From Minisyncoccota bacterium (GTDB lineage: Bacteria > Patescibacteriota > Minisyncoccia > Phycocordibacterales > UBA9973): a stretch of DNA of 64,000 nt. The notes beneath the pieces are model-generated. The model was not told the DNA's origin. It made no database searches and saw nothing but the letters and a program-made list of their open reading frames with translations. The DNA is taken from the NCBI GenBank assembly GCA_035403785.1, contig DAONFW010000002.1:12676-76675 (forward strand). Direction: 5' to 3'. Below, one piece after another: positions 41,167 through 50,687 of the stretch. Position 1 is the first letter of the stretch, and every line of letters starts with the position of its first letter. The translations under genes and the position numbers were made by a program.

Positions 41167-41299
41167 GGTCACAGATAATTTCTCGCCGTCGCTCGAAATT
41201 TCCGCGACCCCGCCTCGCTGTTTTGTCAGTTGACAAAACATGCTCCGGCTCACAAATCGCCCGCAGGCAAATCAGTTTGCCTGCTTTACTCGATTTGTG
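41167..41299 (-). ncRNA. GC-rich three-hairpin element immediately 3' of tRNA-Arg (unknown family)
   Basis: Hairpins at 41251-41299, 41219-41240 and 41167-41209. The last pairs fully only on the minus strand, via G-U. Confidence 0.5.
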
Positions 41300-41369
41300 C
41301 CCCCACTCCGAATCGAACGGGGATCTATTCCTTAGGACGGAACTGTTCTATCCATTGAACTATGGGGGC
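41298..41369 (-). tRNA. tRNA-Arg(CCT)
   Basis: GCCCCCA..TGGGGGC-A; GTTCC-GTCCTAA-GGAAT. Confidence 0.92.
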
Positions 41370-41444
41370 TTTACACTTTAATTTAACATAAAAAAGCTTA
41401 TTCTGTAAATTGGATTTTAAATTATTTTATGCTAATATAAAAAT

Positions 41445-41693
41445 ATGGACCTAGAAGAAAGACAGTTAATTGAGAATACTTATAATCTTGTGAAGGAAAA
41501 TAATCAAATGCTTCACAAAATTAGACGTTCTCAAAGAATAGCAAATTTCACACGTTTTCTTTATTGGTTGATAATTATAGGAATTACTGTCGGCGCGTTT
41601 TACTTTGTCCAGCCATATATAGATCAATTGCAAGGACTTATGGGTAATACCGGAGATGCTCTTGATGGTTTTAAGCAGTTTTTGCCAAAATAA
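41445..41693 (+). CDS. Small single-TM hypothetical protein
   Basis: ENNQMLHKIRR..YWLIIIG..YFVQPY; leaderless-type -10 six nt upstream. Confidence 0.75.
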   Translation: MDLEERQLIENTYNLVKENNQMLHKIRRSQRIANFTRFLYWLIIIGITVGAFYFVQPYIDQLQGLMGNTGDALDGFKQFLPK

Positions 41694-41707
41694 AAAAGTA
41701 TTAGTTT

Positions 41708-41780
41708 GCTCAGGTAGCTCAGTTGGTAGAGCGCTCCCCTGAAGAGGGATAGGTCGCCAGTTCGATCCTGGCCCTGAGCA
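41708..41780 (+). tRNA. tRNA-Phe(GAA)
   Basis: GCTCAGG..CCTGAGC-A; loop CTGAAGA. Confidence 0.93.
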
Positions 41781-41786
41781 CATAAA

Positions 41787-41825
41787 TTAAAAAAGCTACT
41801 TAATTAAATTAAGTAGCTTTTTTAA
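41787..41825. terminator. Bidirectional terminator
   Basis: TTAAAAAAGCTACTTAATT / AATTAAGTAGCTTTTTTAA between tRNA-Phe and the convergent Hsp20 gene. Confidence 0.75.
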
Positions 41826-41852
41826 TAATTTTAGTTTCTTTTAGAATTTAAT

Positions 41853-42320
41853 TTATAGAGATTTTACTTTTACACTGGTTTTCTTTTCTTTGTCTATCTT
41901 AGGAAGTTTGATAGTTAGTAAACCGTGTTTTTCTGTTGCTTCAGCTTCTTCTGGGTCAATTTCTTGAGGAAGGAGAATAGTTCTTGAAAAAGCTCCCCAA
42001 TATAGTTCTTTCGAAAAATAATTTTCTTCTTCCACTTTTCTGCTTTCCTCTCTTTTTCCTCGAATAGTTACCATATCTCTTGCGATAACTAATTCAATAT
42101 CTTCTGGTTTTACTCCAGCGACCATTGTCTGTACAATAACATCAGTAGGAGTTTGATAAACATCGACAGTTAGTTCTGCTTCTTCGTTTTCATCCTCCAT
42201 CCAATCGTTGTTGTTTTCTTTTTCAGATTTAACTGCTAATTTTTTAAAATCTTCTTCGTCATCGTCCATTTTCATACTGCCGGACAATTTTTCAAAAAAA
42301 CCTCTTTTTTTATGTAACAT
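41853..42320 (-). CDS. Hsp20/alpha-crystallin small heat-shock protein
   Basis: VDVYQT, AGVKPEDI, IRGKR, ELYWGAFSRTILLP, GLLTIKLPK. Confidence 0.93.
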   Translation of the reverse strand: MLHKKRGFFEKLSGSMKMDDDEEDFKKLAVKSEKENNNDWMEDENEEAELTVDVYQTPTDVIVQTMVAGVKPEDIELVIARDMVTIRGKREESRKVEEENYFSKELYWGAFSRTILLPQEIDPEEAEATEKHGLLTIKLPKIDKEKKTSVKVKSL

Positions 42321-42346
42321 AATTTTTATGATAGATTAAGTGAATT

Positions 42347-43048
42347 TTAATTTTCACCACTCATTCTTCTTAATTTTTCGAAAAGTAATAAATTAATAAT
42401 TGTTGCGACCCACAAGAAAGCGAGAACTTTTAGAAAGTCGCTTCCGCTATTAGTAATTATAAAAAAATTAAAAGCACTATGCAAGAAAATTGCGAGTAGT
42501 AATCCAACTAATAAGTACAATTTTTTATTTAAAGAATTCATGTAGAAAGAAAGTCCTAGCATTATGCCAAGTATTCCGCTAGAAACAGCGTGAAGTAGGG
42601 TAGAACCGAGAAATCTTAACTGACCTGTTAATAATCCCACCACAGCTTGCCCAAGAGAGATTGGTTCGATTAAGAACAAAGTATTTTCTAAAGCAGCGAA
42701 ACCAAGAGCTGCCGTAATCATAAAAATTGGCCAATCTATCGGTCTGTTAAGGTATTTAGTTTTATTTATTATAGCCAAAACAAGCAGATATTTTATAGAT
42801 TCTTCTATTACTGCCCAGCCGATTATTTGTAATTCACTAGAATTGGTGGCTCTTTGAATAAATCTTTCTACTGGTAAAACAAAAATTACTGAGATCATTC
42901 CTAAAATAAAACAGAAGATTAAAAGTCCGGTTGGTTCTGATTTCTTCCTGCATTCTTTCAGCCAGAACCAAAGCCAAATACCAGACGGAATTATCCCTCC
43001 CAGAAAAGCCAATCCAATTGTTTGTGGATCTTTGATTAGCATGGCCAC
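42347..43048 (-). CDS. PrsW family intramembrane glutamic protease
   Basis: IEESIK, ALGFAALEN, LLHA, LHSAFN. Confidence 0.9.
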   Translation of the reverse strand: MAMLIKDPQTIGLAFLGGIIPSGIWLWFWLKECRKKSEPTGLLIFCFILGMISVIFVLPVERFIQRATNSSELQIIGWAVIEESIKYLLVLAIINKTKYLNRPIDWPIFMITAALGFAALENTLFLIEPISLGQAVVGLLTGQLRFLGSTLLHAVSSGILGIMLGLSFYMNSLNKKLYLLVGLLLAIFLHSAFNFFIITNSGSDFLKVLAFLWVATIINLLLFEKLRRMSGEN

Positions 43049-45198
43049 TTTTCAACCATTAATAATTTTTTATTTTCGGTTGGTAGTGAACTCCAAATTT
43101 CTTCCGTTATGAATGGAACAAACGGATGAAGTGCTTTTAATAGGGTAGTAAGTTGAATATACAACAGTGCTTTAGCAGAATCAGGGTTATTGTTTTCAGC
43201 TATTTTTTTCTTTGCGTGTTCTATGATAATATCAGCAAAAGTATGCCAGAAGTATTGATATAATTTTTCAGCGACAATAGAAAATCTAAATTCTTCCATT
43301 TCTTTCTTTGTTTCTTGCAGTAAGTCTTCTAGTGCTTTTTGGTAATTTTTATCTTCTTCATCTAATTCTGGTAAATTTTCAAAATCTAAATTTTCTATTT
43401 TTTCTAAAACAAAACGAGAAGCATTCCAGATTTTATTACAGAATTTTCCGTAGCCTCTAATATCATTTTCATTTAGTTTTAAGTCATTGCCCGGCGTGTT
43501 TCCGATAATCATCGCCATTCTGAGTGCGTCGTTTCCATATTTTTTAATAATATCTAAAGGATCAATAGCTTTGTTGCCAAGAGATTTAGACATCTTTTTT
43601 CCATCTGCAGTTCTAATCATTCCGTGTAAATAAACATTTTCAAAAGGTATTTCGTTTAATAAATACTGAGACATAAGAACCATTCTAGCGATCCAAAAGA
43701 ATAAAATATCATGGCCTGTTTCTAGCACAGTAGTAGGATGATAATTTTTAAGATCTTCTGTTTTTTCTGGCCAGCCAAGAGTTGAGAAAGTCCAAAGTCC
43801 CGAAGAAAACCAAGTATCGAGAGTGTCTTCGTCTTGTGTCCAGCCAGATTCTTTTGGTGCTTCTATATCGCAATAAATTTCATTTTCTTTATACCAAACA
43901 GGAATTCTGTGACCGTACCAAATCTGTCTTGAAATACACCAGTCTCTTAAATTCTCAATCCAATTGAAATAAACTTTTTCAAAATGATTCGGTAAGATTT
44001 TTATTTTGCCATCACGAACTGGCTCGAGCATCAGTTCTTTCAGGCTTTTATTATCTCGATCCTTTATCTTTTTATTAACATCTATAAACCACTGCAATTT
44101 TGGCATTGGCTCTATTATTGCGCCAGTTCTTTCAGCAGTAGAAACATTTTGAACAACTTCTTGTTCTTCTTTCATTAAACCTTCAGATCTGAGCCAGTCA
44201 ACGATTATTTCTCGTGCTTCAGTAGTTTTCTTATTTAAAATTCTTTCGTCGCCTACGGTCATTTTTGCGAACTCATTGATAACTTGTTTGGAAGGAAGTT
44301 TGTGTCTTTGTGCTATTTCTGCGTCTATTTGGCTGTGCGCTGGAGTCACTCCGAGTGCGCCTGTACCAAAATCTTTCTCAACAGAATAATCTGCGATTAT
44401 TTTTATTTCTAATTTTACACCACAAAAATCTGCAACTTCATAAGTTTTGCCAATATATGCTTGATATCTTTCATCATCAGGATGCACGGCAACTGCTGTA
44501 TCACCAACTTTTGTTTCTGGCCTTGTAGTAGAAATATAAATAGGGAAGTCTTTTGAATATTTGAAAGTATAAAGCTTTGCCTTGCGTTCTTCATAAACTA
44601 TCTCATCATCTGAAATAACAGTCTGTCCTTTTGGGTCCCAATTAATCACTTTGTATCCTCTGTAAATCAATTCGTCATCATACATTTTTTTGAAAGCAGT
44701 TCTGACAGCCAAACTTCTTTTTTCATCAAGCGTAAAAGCTTCGCGTGACCAATCCAAAGAAGCTCCCATTTTTTTACATTGGTTCACAATAGAGTCGTGA
44801 GAGTTTTGTGCAAAATCTTGCACTCGTTTTAAAAATTCTTCTCTGCCTAAATCTCTTTTTTTAATCCCTTCTTTTTCTAAAAGTTTTTCAACTTTCGTTT
44901 GTGTTGCAATAGCCGCGTGATCTGTCCCTGGAAGCCAAAGAGTTTTTTTTCCTTGCATGCGCGCATGACGAACCATGATGTCTTCAAGAATCAAAGTTAA
45001 TGCATGTCCCGTGTGCAAAGTTCCAGTTACATTCGGTGGTGGCAAAACTATAGAAAAAGTTTCTGCGTCTGGTTCTGTAACTTTTTTTTCTACGCAGACA
45101 TCTGGATTAAAAAAACCACTTTCTTCCCAAAGTTTGTAAATTTTATCTTCAGTTTCTTGCGGACTGTAAGGTTTTAAGAATTTATCATCCATTTTCAT
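43036..45198 (-). CDS. valS: Valine--tRNA ligase (no C-terminal coiled-coil arm)
   Basis: PPPNVTGTLHTGHA, GTDHAAIATQ, DWCISRQIWYGHRIP, DTWFSS, KMSKS. Confidence 0.97.
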   Translation of the reverse strand: MKMDDKFLKPYSPQETEDKIYKLWEESGFFNPDVCVEKKVTEPDAETFSIVLPPPNVTGTLHTGHALTLILEDIMVRHARMQGKKTLWLPGTDHAAIATQTKVEKLLEKEGIKKRDLGREEFLKRVQDFAQNSHDSIVNQCKKMGASLDWSREAFTLDEKRSLAVRTAFKKMYDDELIYRGYKVINWDPKGQTVISDDEIVYEERKAKLYTFKYSKDFPIYISTTRPETKVGDTAVAVHPDDERYQAYIGKTYEVADFCGVKLEIKIIADYSVEKDFGTGALGVTPAHSQIDAEIAQRHKLPSKQVINEFAKMTVGDERILNKKTTEAREIIVDWLRSEGLMKEEQEVVQNVSTAERTGAIIEPMPKLQWFIDVNKKIKDRDNKSLKELMLEPVRDGKIKILPNHFEKVYFNWIENLRDWCISRQIWYGHRIPVWYKENEIYCDIEAPKESGWTQDEDTLDTWFSSGLWTFSTLGWPEKTEDLKNYHPTTVLETGHDILFFWIARMVLMSQYLLNEIPFENVYLHGMIRTADGKKMSKSLGNKAIDPLDIIKKYGNDALRMAMIIGNTPGNDLKLNENDIRGYGKFCNKIWNASRFVLEKIENLDFENLPELDEEDKNYQKALEDLLQETKKEMEEFRFSIVAEKLYQYFWHTFADIIIEHAKKKIAENNNPDSAKALLYIQLTTLLKALHPFVPFITEEIWSSLPTENKKLLMVEKWPC

Positions 45199-45219
45199 AT
45201 TGGATAATAATAGCATTTT

Positions 45220-46308
45220 TTATAGCTTTAATCCACCTTCAGCTTTTATTTTATTGTGTTTAGTGCCTTTTTGTTTTTTATCTAAAAATCTAAAGTATCC
45301 AGCGATTCCAATCATAATAGAATTATCTGTAGACATATTTTTTGACGGAAAGAAAAGATTTTGTTTGCTTTTTGTGAGTTTGGCCATTTCTTTTCTAAGA
45401 TATTTATTAGAAGAAACACCACCAGCGACGATTACTGTTTTTATATTATATTTTTCTATTGCTTTTTTTGTTTTGTGAATTAAAGTTTCTGTTACTGCAT
45501 TTTCGAATTCTAAACAAATAGCTTTTTTAATTTCTATATCTTGCAAAATTTTTGGATTTTCTTTCATTAAGTCTCTTATCAAATAAAGCACAGCTGTCTT
45601 TAAGCCAGAAAAAGAAAAATCAAAGTTTTTACTATGAATCATCGGTCGTGGCAGTTTTATGTTATATCTTTCTAAGTCATCTTTTTTAAAATTCTTTCTG
45701 CCTTGTTCTGCTAATTTAGAAATTTCTGGACCGCCAGGATATGGAAGCCCAAGCATCCTAGCAACCTTGTCAAAAGCCTCACCAGCTGCGTCGTCGAGAG
45801 TTTCACCTATAATTTGGTATTTCATCCAATCTCGCATCAAAACAAGCTCTGTGTGGCCTCCTGATACTAGAAGAGAAAGAACTGGAAAGTTAATTTTTGG
45901 TATAGAAAAAGTCTTTTTGTCTTCAGCAAAAACTGACAAAATATGACCTTCCATATGATTTACTGGCATGATTGGAATCTTGTATTTAGTAGAGATTTCT
46001 TTCGCGAAAACAATTCCAGTCCAGAGTGCTGGTTCTAAACCTGGTCCAGAAGTTACTGAAATTAAATCTATGCTTTCTATTTTTAATTTTGCTTTTTTGA
46101 GAGTTTTTGCGAAAAGTATTGGTAGATTTTTTTGATGTTCTCTTTTTGCGAGAGCAGGGAAAACACCGCCGTATTCTTTGTGAATATCTATTTGAGAATT
46201 TAAACTGTTAGCCAAAATCTTGAAAACGGTTTTGTTTTTAGTTTTTTTAACTTCCAGAATACTTATTCCAGTTTCATCACAACTTGTTTCTATGCTTAAT
46301 ATCTTCAT
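45220..46308 (-). CDS. tsaD: tRNA N6-adenosine threonylcarbamoyltransferase TsaD
   Basis: IETSCDET, VNHMEGH, SGGHT, DDAAGEAFDK, FSFSGLKTA, TDN. Confidence 0.96.
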   Translation of the reverse strand: MKILSIETSCDETGISILEVKKTKNKTVFKILANSLNSQIDIHKEYGGVFPALAKREHQKNLPILFAKTLKKAKLKIESIDLISVTSGPGLEPALWTGIVFAKEISTKYKIPIMPVNHMEGHILSVFAEDKKTFSIPKINFPVLSLLVSGGHTELVLMRDWMKYQIIGETLDDAAGEAFDKVARMLGLPYPGGPEISKLAEQGRKNFKKDDLERYNIKLPRPMIHSKNFDFSFSGLKTAVLYLIRDLMKENPKILQDIEIKKAICLEFENAVTETLIHKTKKAIEKYNIKTVIVAGGVSSNKYLRKEMAKLTKSKQNLFFPSKNMSTDNSIMIGIAGYFRFLDKKQKGTKHNKIKAEGGLKL

Positions 46309-46324
46309 TTTTTAGGTTTTTTTA

Positions 46325-47260
46325 TTAAAAGCTATTTACTATAAATTCAACAATAGCATAAATTACCCAAAATAGTAAAAGAAGATAGCCTTCTTTTTTT
46401 GAAATAACACGTTCAGTTCGCATAAATCTTATTAAAACAATAGAAAAAATTACCATAAAAGTGCCAGTTACATATATAATTTTTACTGGGAAATAGAATG
46501 GATCTATGGTAGCAAGTACACCAACAACAATAGTAGCATCAGCTAAAACTGAACCTAATATGTCTCCAATAGCCAAATCGTCTTCTTTTTTTCTTAGTGC
46601 TTTTAGAGAAAAAAAGAATTCAGGCATAGTTGTTCCTAACCCAACGATAAGCATTCCTATTAAAATTGGTGCTATTTTTAAAGAAAGAGCTAGTTCTGTG
46701 GCAGAAGTTACAGTAAAATGTGAACCAATTAGCAAAAGAGACATTGCAAAAATTAAAAATAAAAAGTTTTTTATTTTTTTATCATTAGTGTTAGGTGGAA
46801 TATTTGAGGTGTCTACATTTTTTTTAAATATCAAATAGTAAAAAATTATTCCTGATATTATAAGAACTAACCCTTCGGCTCGTGAATAATATCCGTTTAA
46901 TCCTAGGATTATTGGCAGTAAAAGAAAAAATGGATATAATTCAACATTTTTCAATATTCTACTTTTTATTTTTATTCCTCTTTTTGCGTAAATTATTAAG
47001 ATTCCAAAAATTAACGTTAAATCAGCGACATTAGATCCTAATAGAGTTCCGAGACCAAATTCTGGTGAGTTTTCGATTGCAGAATTTATAGAAATAAAAG
47101 TTTCAGGTAATATTGAAATAAAAGCAATTACAATGAAACCGATAGTATGTTTAGGAATATTAAAATTTTCCGCCAATTTAGCAGAATATTTTGTTGCAAG
47201 TGTTGCTCCTCTAAGGACTAAAAATATTGATATTGTAAAAATAAATAAGTTTTCTAACAT
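46325..47260 (-). CDS. Na+/Ca2+ antiporter (CaCA, YrbG-like)
   Basis: Two alpha repeats: SILPE..GTLLGSNV and GTTMPE..GDILGS. Confidence 0.9.
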   Translation of the reverse strand: MLENLFIFTISIFLVLRGATLATKYSAKLAENFNIPKHTIGFIVIAFISILPETFISINSAIENSPEFGLGTLLGSNVADLTLIFGILIIYAKRGIKIKSRILKNVELYPFFLLLPIILGLNGYYSRAEGLVLIISGIIFYYLIFKKNVDTSNIPPNTNDKKIKNFLFLIFAMSLLLIGSHFTVTSATELALSLKIAPILIGMLIVGLGTTMPEFFFSLKALRKKEDDLAIGDILGSVLADATIVVGVLATIDPFYFPVKIIYVTGTFMVIFSIVLIRFMRTERVISKKEGYLLLLFWVIYAIVEFIVNSF

Positions 47261-47324
47261 TTTATGTTTTTATTATATAATATTATTTTTATAACACAAA
47301 AATGATATTTGAGTTCTATTTTTG

Positions 47325-47397
47325 TGCGCGATACAGGATTCGAACCTGTGGCCTACTCAACGTCAATGAGTCGCTCTACCAACTGAGCTAACCGCGC
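47325..47397 (-). tRNA. tRNA-Val(GAC)
   Basis: GCGCGGT..ATCGCGC-A; ACTCA-TTGACGT-TGAGT. Confidence 0.95.
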
Positions 47398-47415
47398 AAT
47401 AGTTTTATCTTACAA

Positions 47416-47475
47416 AAAAATACAAACAAAAACAAATCCCGCTAATTAGTTGGATTTGTTTTTGTTTGTATTTTT
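47416..47475 (-). terminator. 24-bp perfect inverted repeat, terminator-like
   Basis: AAAAATACAAACAAAAACAAATCC / GGATTTGTTTTTGTTTGTATTTTT. Confidence 0.65.
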
Positions 47476-47501
47476 ACAAATACTGATATTATCAGAATTA
47501 A

Positions 47502-48464
47502 CTAGATATTATTTTTTTTGATATTTTTTAAATTTTTTATCATTTCAACTGAAATTTGATCGAGATCAAATTTATGTTGCCAACCCCAATCTTCTCTTGC
47601 TTTTGAGTCATCGATTGTTTTTGGCCAAGAGTCTGCAATTTTTTGTCTACTATCTGGACTGAAAGTGCATTTAAAGTTTTCTACATGTTTAGCAACATTC
47701 TCAGCAAGTTCTTTTGCAGAGAAACTTATTGCAGTCAAATTGTAAGCAGTTCTGATTTTTATTTTTTCTGGATCTGCTTCCATCAGTTGAAGTGTGGCAT
47801 CGACTGCATCGTCCATATACATCATTGGCAAAACTGTTTTTTCATTTACAAAACATTCATAATTTCCTTTTTCTATTGCGTCATAATAAATAGCTACTGC
47901 GTAATCTGTAGTTCCTCCACCTGGGGGAGTTTTCCAAGATATTATTCCAGGATATCTAATACTTCTTACATCTAGACCGTATTTGATGTGATAATACTGA
48001 CATAATAGTTCACCAGAAACTTTTGTGACGCCGTACATTGTTGTTGGTTCCAGTACTGTTTGTTGGGGCGTGTTAAAAAGGGGAGTTGTTGGCCCAAATG
48101 CTGCAATAGAGCTTGGCCAAAACATTCTGTTTATTTTATATTCTACAGCCAAATCTAAAACATTTTTTAAACTGTTCATGTTTGTTTCCCAGGCAAGATT
48201 AGGATATTTTTCTCCAGTAGCTGATAAAATTCCAACAAGATGATAAATAGTGTTAATCTGATATTTTTCTATTAGTGCTTTTATTTCTTCTTTATTACTC
48301 GCGTCAGCTTTTTCAAATGGTCCAGAGTTTTTGAATTCTTCGCTTGGTTCTTTGTGATGACCTACAGCAATAACATTTTCTCTTCCGAATTTTTCTCTTA
48401 ATTTTGGGATAAGTTCTGATCCTATTTGTCCAAGTGCTCCCGTTACTAATATTTTTCTTTGCAT
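47502..48464 (-). CDS. L-threonine 3-dehydrogenase (SDR, NAD-dependent epimerase-like type)
   Basis: GALGQIG, LSATGE, PSSIAAFG, PTTMYGVTK, PGGGTTDYA, RQKIADSWP. Confidence 0.9.
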   Translation of the reverse strand: MQRKILVTGALGQIGSELIPKLREKFGRENVIAVGHHKEPSEEFKNSGPFEKADASNKEEIKALIEKYQINTIYHLVGILSATGEKYPNLAWETNMNSLKNVLDLAVEYKINRMFWPSSIAAFGPTTPLFNTPQQTVLEPTTMYGVTKVSGELLCQYYHIKYGLDVRSIRYPGIISWKTPPGGGTTDYAVAIYYDAIEKGNYECFVNEKTVLPMMYMDDAVDATLQLMEADPEKIKIRTAYNLTAISFSAKELAENVAKHVENFKCTFSPDSRQKIADSWPKTIDDSKAREDWGWQHKFDLDQISVEMIKNLKNIKKNNI

Positions 48465-48497
48465 AATTTTTTATTTTGTTAATTATTAATAATAAAT

Positions 48498-49247
48498 TTA
48501 TTTTTTCGCGAACTTCTCTAATATTTCTAGTTCTTCTTTTGTGTTTGCACCCAATGCTTCTTTTGGTTCTATTTTTACTGTTTCTATTTTTTCATTATTT
48601 TCAGAAGCTATTTTAAATAAATCTGTCAGATAGTATTCGTTTTGAATATTAGTATTTTTAATTTTAGTTAGATTTTTCCAGAGCCAATCTGCTTTGAAAA
48701 TATAACATCCAGCATTCACTTCTTTGATTAATCTTTCTTGCTCATTTGCATCTTTGAATTCTCTAATTCCAATTACTTTTCCGTCTTTTCTTAAAATTCT
48801 TCCAAAAGCGATAAAAGACTTTCGCCACTCTTCAAAATCCGGTAGAACTGTCGTTGTGAATGTTATGACAGCATTTGAATTTTTATGCTTTGTAATTAGA
48901 TTTTTTAGTGTTTCAGAAGAAATGAACGGTTGATCGCCAGACAGAACAAGAATGTTTTCGGCGTTAGCACATTCTGCTTTAGCACAAGAGACAGCATGTC
49001 CCGTGCCAAGTGGCTCTGGTTGAAAAGCGTAATGACACGTTTCACCCAATTCTTTTTTGATAAATTCAGCCAAATGTCCAACTATCGCAACTGGCTTTTC
49101 TTTAGTAATTTCTGCCACAGAATCAACCAAATATTGAATCATGGGCTTATTGCAAACAGAGGAAAGGCATTTGGGTAGATCACTTTGCATGCGTTTTCCT
49201 TTACCTCCAGCTAAAATTAAAATTTTGATTTTTCCATTTTCAGTCAT
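48498..49247 (-). CDS. glmU: GlmU-like uridylyltransferase, N-terminal domain only
   Basis: LAGGKGKRMQSDLPK, QPEPLGTGHAV, SGDQP, EVNAGCY, QNEYYLTD; no hexapeptide acetyltransferase domain. Confidence 0.85.
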   Translation of the reverse strand: MTENGKIKILILAGGKGKRMQSDLPKCLSSVCNKPMIQYLVDSVAEITKEKPVAIVGHLAEFIKKELGETCHYAFQPEPLGTGHAVSCAKAECANAENILVLSGDQPFISSETLKNLITKHKNSNAVITFTTTVLPDFEEWRKSFIAFGRILRKDGKVIGIREFKDANEQERLIKEVNAGCYIFKADWLWKNLTKIKNTNIQNEYYLTDLFKIASENNEKIETVKIEPKEALGANTKEELEILEKFAKK

Positions 49248-49286
49248 AATTTTTCCATTATACACCTAAAATATTTTTTTCATTGA

Positions 49287-49315
49287 TTGACTAAATATTT
49301 TTTATGTGCTAATTT
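49287..49315 (+). promoter_or_regulatory. Sigma70 promoter of orphan pair 49381/49632
   Basis: TTGACT-17 nt-TAATTT with TG extension. Confidence 0.55.
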
Positions 49316-49380
49316 TATAGCTGTATTTGTACTTTAGGATAAATTAACTAAATAAAATAAAAACCTTAATTTTTGTAAAG

Positions 49381-49605
49381 ATGGAAGATAAAAATGATGA
49401 AAGTCTCGACAAGATTCCTCCAACGTTTTCGAAAGAAGATAAGTTGTTGGTAGGATTTTTTTTGGTGGCAACTATTTGTTTAGCTTTTGCTCCCACGATT
49501 TCTTCTTTTTCCCATGTTTTTGCCATTATAGTAGGAACCATTGGGGTAATTTGTGGCGTGTTGTGTTTTTTGTTAATCACAAAAGATTATTGGTTGCGTA
49601 AGTAG
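49381..49605 (+). CDS. Small two-TM hypothetical protein
   Basis: 74 aa, two hydrophobic segments, promoter upstream. Confidence 0.6.
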   Translation: MEDKNDESLDKIPPTFSKEDKLLVGFFLVATICLAFAPTISSFSHVFAIIVGTIGVICGVLCFLLITKDYWLRK

Positions 49606-49631
49606 TTTTTTTAAAATAAGGAGGGATACTT

Positions 49632-49847
49632 ATGAAAATAAAAATAAGTAAGCAAGTTGGAAATAAAGAAAAGTTTCAACTTGAAGAAAAACTTTTTTCT
49701 TTGTACGACCAGCGTTCCTCTTTGAGAAGGAAGATGAGAAGGGCAAAAGATAAATGCTGTTTCAAAAACAAACTAAAAAAAGTAAACAGTCAGATTCAAA
49801 ATCTGACCAAAAAAATTTTAATTCTTTCGACAACAAAAGCCGACTAA
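49632..49847 (+). CDS. Small basic helical hypothetical protein
   Basis: 71 aa; AAGGAGG Shine-Dalgarno upstream; ends inside a terminator. Confidence 0.6.
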   Translation: MKIKISKQVGNKEKFQLEEKLFSLYDQRSSLRRKMRRAKDKCCFKNKLKKVNSQIQNLTKKILILSTTKAD

Positions 49848-49861
49848 TGTCGGCTTTTGTT
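49832..49861. terminator. Bidirectional terminator
   Basis: AACAAAAGCCGAC-taat-GTCGGCTTTTGTT. Confidence 0.8.
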
Positions 49862-49865
49862 ATTT

Positions 49866-49967
49866 GTGAGCCTTCTCGAGATAGAACCAATGCGATTCCT
49901 TACCCCGTAATGTTATTTTTAATGTTTTCAGTATAACATTTTGACCCTTCTCGTGAGATTGTAAAAA
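49866..49967 (-). ncRNA. Candidate structured ncRNA, copy A of a two-copy ~100-nt element
   Basis: Similar to 50688-50788. Closing stem CGAGA/TCTCG, apical stem AATGTTAT/ATAACATT, followed by a terminator. Confidence 0.5.
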
Positions 49968-49970
49968 CCA

Positions 49971-50621
49971 TTATTGACAATCCCATTCCTTTTTAAATTT
50001 ATTTAAAAACAACTCCATAAATTCATGCCTTTCTTTAGCTATTTCTTTAGCTGTATCTGTATGCATTAAATCTTTTAATAAAAGTAGTTTTTCATAAAAA
50101 TGATTAATCGTAGTGCTTTTGTTGTTTTTATATTGTTCAGATGTTGTATGAAATTCTGGTTTAATATCAGGATTATATATTTCTCTATTTTTGCTTCCTC
50201 CGTAGGCAAATGCTCGTGCAATACCTATTGCACCGATAGCATCAAGTCTATCAGCATCTTGTAATATCTTACCCTCTAGTGTATTTATTTTATTTTCTAC
50301 ACCAGCCCCCTTGAAAGAACTATTAGCAATAATCTCACACACTTGATCAATTATTTCTTTATCAACAGATAGAGACTCAAGCCAATCTCTAGAGATTTTT
50401 GACCCAATTTCTTCATCACCATCATTAAACTTCCAATCAGCAATATCATGAAGAAGAGCAGATAATTCGACAACAAAAGAATTTGCTTTTTCTTTTTCTG
50501 CTATATTTTTTGCATTTTTCCATACTCTATAAACATGCCACCAATCATGACCAGTTCCTTCACCAGATAATTTCGATTTTGTGTATTCAATAGTCTTTTG
50601 TATTATTTCTTCTTTATTCAT
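49971..50621 (-). CDS. HD-domain phosphohydrolase (YedJ-like)
   Basis: GHDWWHVYRV, ALLHDIADWK, LQDADRLDAIGAIGIARAF, HFYEKLL. Confidence 0.92.
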   Translation of the reverse strand: MNKEEIIQKTIEYTKSKLSGEGTGHDWWHVYRVWKNAKNIAEKEKANSFVVELSALLHDIADWKFNDGDEEIGSKISRDWLESLSVDKEIIDQVCEIIANSSFKGAGVENKINTLEGKILQDADRLDAIGAIGIARAFAYGGSKNREIYNPDIKPEFHTTSEQYKNNKSTTINHFYEKLLLLKDLMHTDTAKEIAKERHEFMELFLNKFKKEWDCQ

Positions 50622-50638
50622 AATTTAATTGTATCACT

Positions 50639-50661
50639 AAAACTCCCAAATTGGGAGTTTT
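50639..50661. terminator. Terminator-like hairpin downstream of copy B
   Basis: AAAACTCCCA-aat-TGGGAGTTTT. Confidence 0.65.
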
Positions 50662-50687
50662 TATGCTTCTCGTGCTAGCTCTAAAAG

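Noticed and set aside
41000-41236. 78-aa minus-strand ORF
   Set aside because: Antisense to the glutaredoxin gene and starts inside the GC-rich hairpin element.
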